Of a stretch of DNA of 64,000 nt, positions 47,899 to 61,413 are shown in pieces. Positions within the stretch are counted from its first letter, which is position 1; the number at the start of each line of letters is the position of its first letter. Under the pieces are notes generated by a model, which was not told the DNA's origin, ran no database searches, and saw only the letters and a program-made list of their open reading frames with translations. Source of the DNA: Squalus acanthias (lineage: Eukaryota); the NCBI GenBank assembly GCA_030390025.1, contig CM059432.1, positions 119,104,001 through 119,168,000 on the forward strand. The letters run 5' to 3'. The position numbers were made by a program, and so were the translations under genes.

Positions 47899-50800
47899 AG
47901 AAACATAGAAACATAGAAGATAGGAGCAGGAGTAGGCCATTCGGCCCCTTGAGCCTGTTCCACCATTTAATGAGATCATGGCTGATCATCCAAATTCAGT
48001 ACCCTGTCCCTGCTTTCTCCCCATATCCCTTGATCCCTTTAGCCTTAAGAAATATATCTAACTCTTTCTTGAATATATTTAATGAATAGGCCTCAACTGC
48101 CTTTTGTGGTAGAGAATTCCACAGGTTCACCACTCTCTGGGTGAAGAAATTCCTCCTCATCTCTGTCCTAAATGGCTTACCCCTTCTCTTTAGACTGTGA
48201 CCCCTGGTTCTGGATTCCCCTGCCATCGGGAACATCCTTCCTGCATCTAGTCTGTCTTGTCCTGTTGGAATTTTATAAGTTTCAATGAGATCCCCTCTCA
48301 TTCTTCTAAACTCCAATGAATATAAGCCCAATCGATCCAATCTCTCCTCATACGCCATCCCAGGCATCAGTCTGGTGAATCTTCGCTGCACTCCCTCCAT
48401 GGCAAGAACATCCTTCCTCAGATAATGTGACCAAAACTGCACACAATACTCAAGGTGTGGTCTCAGCAAGGCCCTGTACAACTTAAGCAAGACATCCTCA
48501 CTCCTGTACTCAAATCCTCTCGCTATGAAGGCCAACATACCATTTGCCTTCTTAACCGTCTGCTGCACCTGCATGCTTACCTTCAGCGACTGGTGCACAA
48601 GGACACCCAGGTTTCGTTGCACTTCCCATTCTCCCAATCTATTGCCGTTCAGATAATAATCTGTCTTCCTGTTTTTGCCACCAAAGTGGATAACCTCGCA
48701 TTTATCCACATTATACTGCATCTGCCATGCAGCTGCCCAATCACCCAACCTGTCCAAATCATATTGGAGTTTCTCGGCATCCTCCTCACAGCACACACGC
48801 CCACCCAGCTTTGTGTCATCTGCAAAGTTGGAGATATTACATCTAGTTCACTCATCTAGATCATTGATATATATTGTGTATAGCTGGGGACCTAGCACTG
48901 ATCCCTGCGGTACCGCACTAGTTACTGCCTGCCACTCGGAAAAAGACCCGTTTATTCCAACTCTTTGTTTCCTGTCTGCCAACCAGTTATCTATCCAAGT
49001 CAGTACCTTACCCCTAATCACATGTGCTTTAACTTTACACGCTAATCTCTTATGCGGGACCTTATCGAAAGCCTTCTGAAAGTCCAAATACACCACATCC
49101 ACTGGTTTTCCCTTATCTATTCTACCAGTTACATCGTCAAAAAATTCCAGTAGATTAGTCAAGCATGATTTACCTTTCGTAATCCATGTTGACTTTGTCC
49201 GATCCTGTCACTGTTTTCCATGTGCTCTGCTATTACATCTTTTATAATGGACTCTAGCATTTTCCCCACTACCGATGTCAGGCTATCGGGACTATAATTC
49301 CCCGTTTTCTCTCTACCACCTTTTTTAAATAGTGGGGTTACATTAGCTACCCTCCAATCCATGGGAACTGTTCCAGAGTCTATAGAATTTTGGAAGATGA
49401 CCAGCAATGCCTCTACTATTTCGAGATCCACTTCCTTAAGTACCCTAGGATGTAGATTATCAGGCCCTGGGGATTTATCGGCCTTCAATTCCATCAATTT
49501 CCCTAACACCGTTTCCCTACAAATACTGATTTCATTCAGTTCCTCCCTCTCATTAGACCCTATGTTCCCGACATCTCTGGGAGGTTATTTGTGTCCTCCT
49601 TTATGAAGACAGAACCAAAGTATGTATTTAATTGGTCTGCCATTTCTTTGTTCCCCATTATAAATTCCCCTGATTCTGACTGCAAGGGACCTACACTTGA
49701 CTTCACCAATCTTTTTCTCTTCACATATCTATAGAAGCTTTTACAGTCAGTTTTTATGTTCCCTGTAAGCTTACTCTCATACTCTATTTTCCCCCTCTTA
49801 ATTAATCCTTTTGTCCTTTCTCATTACATAATACCCAGTCTAAGATGGCCTGATCTCTAGTTTGTTCCTCAACATATTGGTCCAGGAAACCATCCCTTAT
49901 ACACTCTAGGAATTCCTCCTCCACAGTATTGTTATTAATTTGATTAGCCAAATCTATATGTAGATTAAAGTCACCCATGATAACTGCTGTGCCCTTATTG
50001 CATGCGTCTCTAATTTCCTGTTTAATGCCATCCCGAACCTCAGCATTACTGTTTGGAGGTCTGTATACAACTCCCACTAATGTTTTCTGCCCCTTGATAT
50101 TTCTCAGCTCTAGCTATACAGATTCCACATCATCAGAGCTAATATCCTTCCTTACTATTGTGTTAATCTCCTCTTTAACCAGCAATGCTACCCCACCTCC
50201 TTTTCCTTTTTGCCTGTCCTTCCTGAATATTGAATACCCCTGGATATTGAATTCCTAGCCTTGGTCACCCTGAAGCCAGGTCTCCGTAATCCCAATTATA
50301 TCATATCCATTTACATCTATTTGTGCAGCTAATTCATCCACCTTATTATGAATGCTCCTCGCATTGCCTTCAGGCTTGTTTTTTTAACACTCTTAGTCCT
50401 TTTAGAATTATTATTTACTGTGGCCCTGTTTGATTTACAAACTTGATTTCTCTGCCTTCCGCTTTTGCTTTTCTCCTTCCTGTCTTTTGCTTCTATCCTT
50501 GCTTCCCTTTCCTCTGTCTCCCTGGACAGGTTTCCAACCCCCTGCCATTTTAGTTTAAACCCTCCCCAACAGCACTAGCAAACTCTCCCCCTAGGACATC
50601 GGTCCCGGTCCTGCCCAGGTGCAAACCGTCCAGTTTGTACTGGTCCCACCTCCCCCAGAACCGGTTCCAATGTCCCAGGAATTTGAATCCCTCCCCCTTG
50701 CACCATTCCTCTAGTCACATATTCATCTGAAATATCCTTCTATTTCTACTCTGACTAGCACGTGGCACTGGTAGCAATCCTGAGATTACTACCTTTGTGG

Positions 50801-51914
50801 TCCTATTTTTTAATTTACCTCCTAACTCCCTATATTCAGCTTTTAGGACCTCATCCCGTTTTTTACCTATATCGTTGATACCTATATGCACCATGACAGC
50901 TGGCTGTTCACCCTCCCCCTCCAGAATGCCCTGCAGCTGCTGTGAGACATCCTTGACCCTTGCACCAGGGAGGCAACATACCATCCTGGAGTCTCGTTTG
51001 CGGCCGCAGAAACGCCTATCTATTCCCCTTACAATAGAATCCCCTATCACTATAGCTCTCCCACTCTTTTTCCTTCTGTCCTGTGCAGCAGAACCACCCA
51101 TGGTGCCAGGAAGTTGGCTACTGCTGCCTTCCCCCATAAACCATCTCCCCCAACTATATCCAAAGCGGTATATCTGTTTGTGAGGGGGATGGCCACAAGG
51201 GACCCCTGCACTACCTGCCTGCGCCTACTACTCTGCCTGGCGGTCTCCCATTCCCTTCCTGCCTGTGCAGCCTTTACCTGCAGTGTGACCAACTCCCTAA
51301 ACGTGCTATCCATGACGTCCTCAGCATCACAAATGCTCCAGTATGTATCCATTCGCAGCTCCAGCGTCACAATGCGGTCTGCCAGTAGCTGCAGCTAGAT
51401 ACACTTCTCACACACATGGCCATCAGGGACACAGGAATTGTCCCTGATTTCCCACATAGTGCAGGAGGAGCATGCCACGGGGCCAAGCTGTGCTGCCATG
51501 ACTTACCCTTTAATTAATTCAAATTAAATTAAATCAAATCAATACCACTAATTCCACTACAATTAAATGATATACTCAAAGGCCCTTGTTTACTAGCACT
51601 CCCCGCTACACAACAGAGAGCCTAGAAACTATAAACCACAAAATTTAAGTTTGGAAAAAAGCGTGAAAGAGAGAAATACTCACCAACCAATCACTTACCT
51701 GCTTTCTGGTGACGTCACACTTCGATTACTTTTTACTTCTCTCTCTCCCCGCTCCTTAAATCCTCGGTCTCTGCGCTCAGTCTCCACCCAGGACCGCTCT
51801 CGCTGCTGCCGCCGATGAGTCTGGGCTGCTCTCTCTCTCCCTGCTCCTTAAATCCTCGGTCTCTGCGCTCATTCTCCACCCAGGGCCGCTCTCACTGCTG
51901 CCGCCGGTGAGTCT
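47899..51914 (-). mobile_element. Near full-length CR1 LINE nested antisense in CR1; same subfamily as 8202-9696
   Basis: ORF1 from 51499 (CSSC..CEKC, IGDSIVRG esterase); ORF2 pieces 49802-50077, 49159-49509, 48848-49162, 47996-48796; (TTCTATGT)n tail. Confidence 0.95.
51738..51914 (-). repeat. Two 92-bp tandem monomers at the CR1 5' end
   Basis: GCTCCTTAAATCCTCGGTCTCTGCGCTCA at 51751 and 51843. Confidence 0.9.
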
Positions 51915-52516
51915 AATATAGACTTGGATAGTAATAGTGTAAAGGGTAGAGAAGGGGAAGAATTTCTGAAGTGTGTTCAGGAGAACTTTCTTGATCAGTA
52001 CGTTTCCGGCCCAACGACAAAGGAGGCATTGCTGGATCTGGTTCTGGGGAATGAAATGGGTCAAGTGGAGTAAGTGTCAGTGGAGGAACATTTAGGGAAC
52101 AGTGATCATAGTGTCATAAGGTTTAGATTAGCTATGGAAAAGGACAGGGAGCAATCAAAAGTAAAAATACTTAATTGGAGGAAGGTCAATTTCAGTGGGT
52201 TGAGAATGGATCTGGCCCAGGCAAATTGTAATCAAAGATTGGCAGGCAAAACTATTATTGAACAATGGGCTGCCTTTAAAGAGGAGATGGTTTGGGTACA
52301 GCCGAGGTAACTTCCCATGAGGGGGAAAGGTAGGGCAACCAAAGTCAGAGCTCCCTGGATGACGAATGAGATAGAGAGTAAGATAAAGCAGAAAAAGGGG
52401 GCATATGACAGATGTCAGGTTGAGAATACAAGTGAGAACCAGGCTGAATATAGAAAGTTCAGCGGGGAAGCGTAAAAGGAAATAAGAGGGCCAAAGAGAG
52501 AGAGTATGAGAATAGA

Positions 52517-54056
52517 TTGGCAGCTAACATAAAAGGGAATCCAAAAGTCTTCTGTAGGCATTTTAATAGTAAACAGGTAGTAAGAGGATGGGTGGGGCCA
52601 AATAGGGACCAAAACGGAAACCTACACATGGAGGCAGAGGGCATGGCTAAGGTACTAAATGAGTACTTTGCATCTGTCTTTACCAAGGAAGAAGATGCTG
52701 CCAAAGTCATAGTGAAAGAGGAGGTAGTTGAGGTACTGGGTGGAATAAAAATTGATAAAGAAGAGGTACCAGAAAGGCTAGCTGTACTTAAAGTAGATAA
52801 GTCACCAGGACCGGATGGGATGTATCCTCGGATGCTGAGGAAAGTAAAAATGGAAATTGTGGAGGTACTGGCTATAATCTTCCAATCCTCCTTAGATACG
52901 GGGATGGTGCCAGAGGACTGGAGAATTGCAAATGTTACACCCTTGTTCAAAAAAGGGTGTAAGGGTAAACTCAGCAACTACAGGCCAGTCAGTTTAACCT
53001 CGGTAGTGGGGAATCTTTTAGAAATGATAATCCGGGACAAAATTAACAGTCACTTGGACAAGTGTGGATTAATTAAGGAAAGCCAGCACAAATTTGTTAA
53101 AAGCAAATCGTGTTTAACTAACTTGATTGAGTTTTTTGATGAGGTAACAGAGAGGGTTGATGAGGACAATGCGGCTGATGTATATGTGTATATGGACTTC
53201 CAAAAGACGAATGATAAAGCGCCACATAATAGGCTTACCAGCAAAGTTGAAGCCCATGGAATAAAAGGGACAGTGGCAGCATGGATACAAAATTGGCTAA
53301 GTGACAGGAAACAGAGAGTAGTGGTGAACGGCTGTTTATCGGACTGGAGGAAGGTACACAGTGGTGTTCTCCAGGGGCCAGTACTAGCACCGTTGCTTTT
53401 CTTGATATATATTAATGACTTGGACTTGGGTGTACAGGGCACAATTTCAAAATTTTCAGATGACACAAAACTTGGAAATATAGTGAACAGTGAGGAGGAT
53501 AGTGATAGACTTCAAGAGGACATAGACAGGCTGGTGAAATGGGCGGACACGTGGCAGATGAAATTTAACACAGAAAAATGCAAAGTGATACATTATGGTA
53601 GGAAGAATGAGAAGAGGAAATATAAACTCCAGGGTACAATTCTAAAGGGAGTGCATGAACAGAGAGACCTGGGGGTATATGTGCACAAATCATTGAAGGT
53701 GGCAGGGCAGGTTGAGAAAGCTGTTAAAAAAGCATATGGAATCCTGGGCTTCATAAATCAAGGCATAGAGTACAAAAGCAAGGAAGTTATGATGAACCTT
53801 TATAAAACACTGGTTGGGCCTCAACTGCAGTATTGTGTCCAATTCTGGGCACCACACTTTAGGAAGGATGTGAAGGCCTTTGAGAGGGTGCAGAATAGAT
53901 TTACAAGAATGGTTCCAGGGATGAGGGACTTCAGTTACGTGGATAGACTGGAGAAGCTGGGGTTGTTCTCCTTAGAGCAGAGAAGGTTGAGAGGAGATTT
54001 GATAGAGATGTTCAAAATCATGAGGAGTCTAGACAGAGTAGATAGAGAGAAACTGT
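52517..54056 (+). CDS. CR1 ORF2 RT-domain open segment, decayed motifs
   Basis: 514-aa ORF with NYRPVSLTS, GVLQGPVLAP and FSDD; truncated by the solo LTR. Confidence 0.8.
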
Positions 54057-55716
54057 TGTAGAATTCGCAATATATCGCGATTTTATAAATAAGGAGAAAA
54101 CACATAGTTTCGTTCAAACAGCTTTATTTCAGCAGAATGCTGTCAGGTTTTCAAAGTGGACACAAGCAGCCTGTAAAATGGCCGCCGCACCTCGTGGCGG
54201 AACATTCTAGACTTTTCGACAGACAGACAAGATGGCGTTCCAATAAACATTTGTGCAAGATCGATTAAGATTCAGCACATTGAAGATAATACACGAGACA
54301 TCATGGGTTTGCAGTATATACATAGATACTGAAATCGGTCTCCCGGGTACGAATAAAGGCTATTGTACCAAGTAATCAAGGGCCCATCCAAAGACATTAA
54401 TATGTAAAATCCCAACGACTCTACGATGAGAGAGCCGTTAGCGGGTAGTTACAGAGGACACTTGGAAGCCTCAAAACCACTCCAGGGAGAACACCGACCG
54501 ATTTAACAATGGGAGAAAAATTAACAGGTACTCAGACATTTACGAGTAGCCCCGAAACCCATTAAAAACGGAGATCACCTATACAAGACATTTGAGCGCC
54601 AAACCCAAACAAAAGAAAAGGCATTAAGGTTGGGCGGGAAACGGAAGATTTTGTACTATAATTACAAGCTCCAACCGTCCATCTTTCTCTTATCCTCGTG
54701 GCTGCTCCTGTGTTCTTGACTCGCCGTCTTGTTCCTGCTTGCCGGGTGTCTCTTTTAAAAGACTGTCGAACTTTGTGATCCGTTCGAATCTACCTCGTGT
54801 CGTGTCACGAAGACCTATGTTGGTAACCGGCATCGGAACCAAAGACCCGAGAAGAGATGAGATGAGATGAGAAGAGACGAAGACCATACTTATCGCCACG
54901 GTCAGTAAGCCCCGACCGCGCCTGTAGGTCGAATAGACATTTCTCCTTGCCAGGAAGACTTCTTTGAACTTTAAAGAACGGACCCCGGAAGATTCTTCTT
55001 TGAGATATTGACTGATCTGTGAAACCCATCAGGGCAGATCCTCATGACGGACACCGAGAGATTATTCTCTTAAGTGTTGACTGATACGTGAAACCAACCA
55101 ACAGAGATCTTCATAACAACAGACGTTCCAGCCTGCTAGCCGGAGCAGAAGCAAGTAAACAAGTGGGGCCAGGAGACCCCCTGATCGACACGTGGGTGCT
55201 GCGGTGAAAACATCCGATCAGCTATTCGGAATTTCTCCGAGTTATCACGAGTGGTGAGCATGAGTCTCGAATCCTACGAATCTAGCTAGGACAGATATTG
55301 ATAGGGGAGGGTTTAAGTATTAAGGATACTTGTAATGTGTGCCCCCATTTACGGTGTGTCGTTCGTTCCTCGTTTCCCTAGAATTAGCTACATAACTGCG
55401 TGTAAGATTGTACTGTCATTAATCTGTGCTTATGACATGTATTTCGTAATCTTAAATATTATGCAATAAAGATTTTTCCATTTCGTACCATTCAACCGAG
55501 TCTACATGAGTTTCATCTCCATTACTGCTCTCGCATCTAAGTCCAGTGTCTAGAACCGTAAGGGCGAGTGATTCGAACCACTCACAGGTGTGTCTAGTGT
55601 TCCCAGACTGGCTGGAGACCAGAACAGGCAACAAGGCCTAAACCCGCACTGACATACAGGCTGCACAGAGCCGCGCGAATCTCACAGGCTGAGAGACACG
55701 CACGCAAACCCTTACA
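54057..55716 (+). mobile_element. Solo LTR (1660 bp)
   Basis: TGTA...TACA termini; 4-bp TSD CTGT/CTGC (54053-54056, 55717-55720) inside CR1 EKLFPL codons; GGGCGGG 54632, TATAATT 54657, AATAAA 55465. Confidence 0.88.
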
Positions 55717-56750
55717 CTGCTCCCATTGGCGGAAGGGTCGAGAACCAAAAGATACAGATTTAAGGTGATTGGCAGAAGCACCAAATGCGACTGGAGGAAA
55801 AACTTTTGTACGCAGCGAGTGGTAGGATCTGGAATGCACTGCCTGATAGGGTGGTGGAGGCAGATTCAATCGTGGCTTTCAAAAGGGAATTGAATAAGTA
55901 CCTGAAGGTAAAAAATTTGCATGGTTACAGGGAAAGGGCAAGGGAGTGGGTCTAGCTGAAGTGTTCTTGCAGAGAGCTGGCACAGTCTTGATGGGCCGAA
56001 TGGCCTCCTTCTGTACTGTAACCATTCTATGATTCTATGATTCAGTGAAGCTTGTGTAAAAATACGTTTTCTAGCCAGCTAAAAATGCTGATTAAACCAT
56101 GCAGTAAATTTAAATAATCTGCCTTTTTTTTATTGTGACACTTCTGGATTAGTGTTACTGAAATACTAAGGTAGTACACTGTGATTTATCCCCACGATTG
56201 ATCTTTTCCTTCCATACCTAATCTCCATTTTGCAGTGTTTATATATTGGGGTAACCTATCTTCACTGCCTTGGCAGTAATCTGGTGGAGGGGAATGAAAA
56301 TCAGGCGGGTTCTGTAACTGGAGTCCGATCTGTTCCACCAGATTACAGCTGCCAATGGTGAAGCCGAAAATGTCCTCCACTGTGTTTTATAATTGTGACA
56401 AGAAAAATCAGAGTTCTATTTGAGTCAAATGATAGTAGATAATGTATTGAGTGTACAGTAATCAACTGGTTTTATATTCAACAATGTATTCCGTTCATTA
56501 GCACTATAAGCATTCTTTGTTTGAAATTTGTGTTCTAAATATTGCAGTGTTTTTGAATGTATAGTTATGTCAGGTTAAATACCTGGAACTCTAATTTTAA
56601 GTAAGACTGTGTTTTTAAAGTGCTAAGGAACATGGTTGAACGTGACACCAACTGGTTATTATACATTCAACACATACTCCATTCATCAAATATCAAGGCA
56701 AGTAATGCATGCCCTTTACTCAAGGGCAAGAAAGAAGCTTTAAAAAATAC

Positions 56751-56886
56751 AGAAGCAAAATACTGTGGATGCTGGAAATCTGAAATAAAAGGCAAAAGTT
56801 CATTGACCTGAAACGTTAACCCTATTTCTCTCGCCACAGATGCTGTCTGACCTGCTGAGCATTTCCAGCATTTTCTGTTTTTATTT
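56751..56886. mobile_element. Penelope-like pLTR remnants in inverted arrangement
   Basis: 56751-56790 is the tail on -, 56795-56886 the tail on + with hammerhead 3' half GACCTGAAACGTTAAC. Confidence 0.65.
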
Positions 56887-57196
56887 GTAATAGATACAGC
56901 GCTTGTTTTACAAATCCATGTTACCAGTGAGGAGAATGCTGCCCGCAATTTTCCATTCTTTAAAATTAAAATCAGTCCGTATACCTTCATCCCACCAAGT
57001 TCTCATCTGAGCATTCCTTTCCTAATCCTGGATTCTGACAGAGAAGACACTGCAGGGGATGTAATAGGCTCCACACCTGGCGTGCGCCGTAATCAGGGCC
57101 ATTATTTTACGATGCCTGAATAAGTCAAGTTCCAATTTTATTACATATGATTCTGGGATTTTTACCAGTTTTTTGGGGGGGATTGCCTTCTCCGAT

Positions 57197-57680
57197 TCAT
57201 AGAATCAAAGAATCTTACAACACAAAAGGAGGCCATTTGGCCCATCGTGCCTGTGCTTTAAAAATAAAACACATGACCAAGTAGAGTGAAGGTCTTTGTT
57301 CACAGCACTCATGAAAGTAAAGACAGAAACAGAAAATGCTGGAAACACGCAAAAAAAAGAAAGATGCATTTACATAGCAAACTTTCATAATCTCAGGACA
57401 TTCCCAAAGTGCTTTAAAGCCAGTTAAGTACTTTTGAAGCGTAGTCACTGTTGTAATGTAGGAAACATGGCAGCCAATTTGCACACAGCAAGCTGCCTGA
57501 AAGGGTGTGGAAGCAGATTCAACAGTAACTTTTAAATGGGATTTGGATATATATTTGAAAAGGGAAAAATTGCAGGGCTATGGGGAAACAGCGGGCGAGT
57601 AGGGCTAATTGGATAGCTCTTTCAAAGCGATGGCACAGGCATGATGGGCTGAATGGCCTCCCTCTGCGCTGTATTATCCT
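57197..57680. mobile_element. Cluster of fragments: CR1 tail (-, 57197-57255), SINE tail (-, 57352-57492), CR1 3' end (+, 57496-57680)
   Basis: Similarity to 55840-56042 and 45895-46012. Confidence 0.7.
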
Positions 57681-58865
57681 ATCTTTGGCAGCATTTACTT
57701 TTAGCTACCCAAACACTGATAGCTGGGATGAGACAATATATGGATATTTATGGACTGATAGAAGGGGTTGAACAAAAATGTGCTATTGTGTGTCATTGAT
57801 CCAATTTATTACTCTCCCTAATATAATTAGTATAATGAAAAAATGTCACATACATTATTTAAACTAGATGCACAAGTGAATGATTTGCAATATTAAGGAT
57901 AGTTATCACGTTAATTGGTCTCAACGGTGCCAGAGTAAATATTCCAATTGGCCTGTTTAGTTGGTCCAACACCACTTACTCCAGTGTGTGCAAATCTATT
58001 TATGAAGACTTGATAGATGGATCTGGGCTTTCCACGGTCATTTGGGAGAGTAAGCGTAAAAAAGATGAATGTTTTCCAAGACTACTTCTGACAAAGCGGA
58101 TCTGCAGACTGCTGAATAAAGTCATGTTACTGAGGACGTAGTGCGGTACAAAATGCCACTTGGGGAATAAAAAGCAATACTTTTACAGGTGTAGAGAGTT
58201 TAGTCTCTCAGTGTAGAGGTGCTAAACTTTTCAGAGCCGTCAACTGAAATCTGCATTCGCCCAGCTCCCTTATCCACATGCCCTGAAATAAAGCAACAAT
58301 TGTGGTATCATACAGCCGTTCGATGTTTACACTGTATTTACAGGGCTTCCACAGCACTTCCACTGAAGCTACTGCTGCGGGTGGGGAGAACTCCTGCGGA
58401 AATTCACTGCCAGTTTATTTTTGTATTTTGCCGTGTATCTTCTTCATTGCAGTTACATTCCTGGGATCATTCAACTGGGGACATTTTACAATATGAGGCT
58501 CCCAGCACATGCCCTTGCTCACTGGGAGTGTGGAGTGGAGATTTTGCTGCAGGGGGCAGTGTGCTTGATTCGATTGCACCCGATTTTATATCATTAAAAT
58601 GAATGACTAGAAAATCAGGAATGCTATGAAGCAGGAGGCTCTGACCTCTGTAGCAACTCTCAGGCATACATTTCTGCGATCTGCAATGGAGCTACTCCAA
58701 GCTACTCCCTGTAATTGATGTCAGTAAAGTGCCTCAGCAGGAAGTAGACTCTACTTGATGAGTCTCCATGTTCGTGGGAAAGTTGGTGATCCTGAAATTC
58801 CACAGGGCTTCACCCGTTCTCCCACCGTGATTTCAACCGTTTCACCGATCCGCTACCCAGGTTAG

Positions 58866-59282
58866 CATAGAATCATACAGCACAGATGAAGGCCATTCGG
58901 CCCATTGTGCCTGTGTCTTTGAAAGAGCTATCCAATTAGTCCCACTCCCCTGCTCTTTCCTCATTGCCCTGCAGACTTATCCTTTTCAGCTAGATATCCA
59001 ATTCCCTTTTGAAAGTCACTATTGAATCTGCTTCCGCCACCCTTTCAGGCAGTGCATTCCAAATCTTAATAACTGGCTGCGTAAAAAATAATTCTCCTCA
59101 TCTCCTCTCTGGTTCTTTTGCTAGTTACCTTAAATCTGTGTTCTCTGGTTACTGACCCTCCTGCCAGTGGAAACAGTTTCTCCTTATTTACTCCATCAAA
59201 ACCCCTCATAATTCTGAACATCTCTATTAAATCTCCCTTTAACATACTCTTCTCGAAGGCGAACAATCCCAGCTTCTCTAGT
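58866..59282 (-). mobile_element. CR1 3' fragment
   Basis: ORF 59066-59266 LKGDLIEMFRIMRG..KEKLFPL; CATAGAATCATA tail. Confidence 0.9.
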
Positions 59283-59854
59283 CAATCCCTTATGGTGGGA
59301 GACCGGGAGAAACTTCAGGGCCGATGTTTTGACTTAAAGTGATACCCAGTAAGAGTAGAATTTTCTTTTTAAAAGGTGGGAGTGCTTTAAACACAAAAAA
59401 ATGCTTAATGATCCACAGCTGCCTGACAGTCTGTCTACTAATTATAGCAATATTCTAATCACGGAGGTTCCACTGCACAATAATTGATAAGAAATAATGT
59501 ATCAAAAAGATTCAACCCGGCTCCCCAATGGTTTAGTGCAGATATGTCCAAACGTTTGCCACTTAAATGCTTCCGATTGAATCTTGGAGGCCACATGTGA
59601 AGTGCAAAACCATATTCCCACTAATTTGCATATATCACAAGTTGCTGATATTAACAAATTTTGACTTAATTTTGGATTTATCATTAATAGGGCAACAGTG
59701 TCAAAATATCCATTACAAACCTCCAGGCCAACAAAATTCAAATAGCACAAACCAGCAGATGAGAAACGTGTAAATAAGGCAGAGTTTCTTGGGCTTCCAG
59801 GTCCAGATTGCAAGGGCTCAGAGGCCATATATGGTTCCAGGGTCACAGGTAGGA

Positions 59855-60225
59855 CATCTGTGGCTCAGTGAGTTTATCGAGTGAAGAACTGAACCATACA
59901 TACTACAAAGGTCTAAAGCTTGATCTTTGGCTTGTGTTAAGTTAGCTAATCTCATGGTGGTGGGAGGGTGGTGGTGCAATAGAAGCGACGCTACAAATGA
60001 CCTTCACCACCTCTGGGCAAAATCGGTCAAGACTCCTGTTCTTGACGGCTGTTTGGTAACACCTTCTGGATAAGCACACATCAGGTGGACAGGATAGGAC
60101 TCAACTATGCTGCTACCAGTGTCAACCAGCTACCAACACTCCTGCCATGCCTCACACATGAATAATGAGCACATGGATGAGGTATTGGAGGGTGCCTAAT
60201 ACTCATGGAACTGTCCCTCAATAGA
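59855..60225 (+). mobile_element. Old tRNA-derived SINE resembling LF-SINE
   Basis: A-box TGGCTCAGTG; GTTAGCT.ATCTCA, GCTACAA, CTCACACATGAA.AATG, GGATGAGGTA.TGGAGGG recalled from LF-SINE; second partial copy ~61100-61205. Confidence 0.6.
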
Positions 60226-61413
60226 ATCAATGCCCACAAGTAGGAGAGGAGAGGAGGGAAATTCCAAGGAGAAAACAAAATCAAAAAGATGCTCAAACTT
60301 TCTCGCTCCAATTTATAACATTATATTGATTCTTCCTGTCATGCTACATATAGGGTTAAAAAAGATGTTCAATCACAAAAATTGATACACAACATCCCAC
60401 AATAGAGATGGCAGGGATCCCTGGAAGGGGCCAAGCCATTCAAATGTGACACGAGCATCTTGTGGATTTTATTTGTTTACATGCTTGATTGGCTGTTCTT
60501 TTCAAGTTTAAGAGACCCAAATTTTAATTTCCTTTGTCCATTTTTCCCCCCACAAAGTATCTTTCAGCCTTTCTGTTCAAACAGGGGAGGTATCTGAAGC
60601 CATCAGAGAGAGATAGGCCAGCGAGAGACTCTGTGCATGGTCAAAAACAAGCTGCTTCATACTCAAGGACCTCATAAGCGGTTCAGTTTACTTTGCAGTT
60701 TAGCACAGCAGATGTGACTGTTATTCTTATATTTTCCAAGGAAGGATAGTTTAGTCAGTAACTACTGTAAATCTATCACTGCTTCTGTTCACTTATCCAT
60801 TTATTGTTTAATTAATCTGTTTGGCAGGTCCTAGGTTAACACATGGTCCAGTGAACTGTTTATTCCACCATCTTCTAAAGTCGAGGAGGATCATATGAGG
60901 GCATGTGCTATAACCAGTATGGCGAATTACAATGACAAAGCTTTCCTGTTCAATCACTCAGCTCGCTACATATCACCTAGATATTGGGACAGCTAAAGGT
61001 GCACTCTGGGCCTCAGGAGTGAGGACTTGCCGAAGAGAGTGCTCTGAGGTGCTGAACCAAAGATAATTATCCAGAGTGAAAACCTGTAAACAAGACTGCC
61101 ACAGTTGAATAGCCTATCAACGCTTTTACAAAGTCTTTATCAAGAACAATGGCCACTTGGGTGAGATACCAGATGATGCCTGGCACATTTGGAACTGTCC
61201 CTCAGTGAAGTCAATACCTTCAGCAAAAAGAAGAAAGAAAGCATTTACGTAGTACCTTATAATGTCCTGATGTAATTCCAAGGCACTTTATCAGTTTTAC
61301 ATGACTTTTGAAATACAGTTATTGCTGTTATGTAGGGAAACAGAGACAATGTGCACAAAGCAAGGTGCCACAATCAGCAAATGAATGAATGACCAGATAA
61401 TGGGGGTGACTTT

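Larger units (their letters stand above)
46140..56042 (+). mobile_element. Near full-length CR1 LINE (5'UTR, ORF1, ORF2, tail) with a nested CR1 and a solo LTR
   Basis: ORF1 46494-~47400; endonuclease 47485-47897 resuming at 51914; RT ORF 52517-54056; tail (ATTCTATG)n at 56023-56042. Confidence 0.93.

Noticed and set aside
59502..59846. 114-aa ORF or host exon
   Set aside because: No recognisable motif; length is compatible with chance
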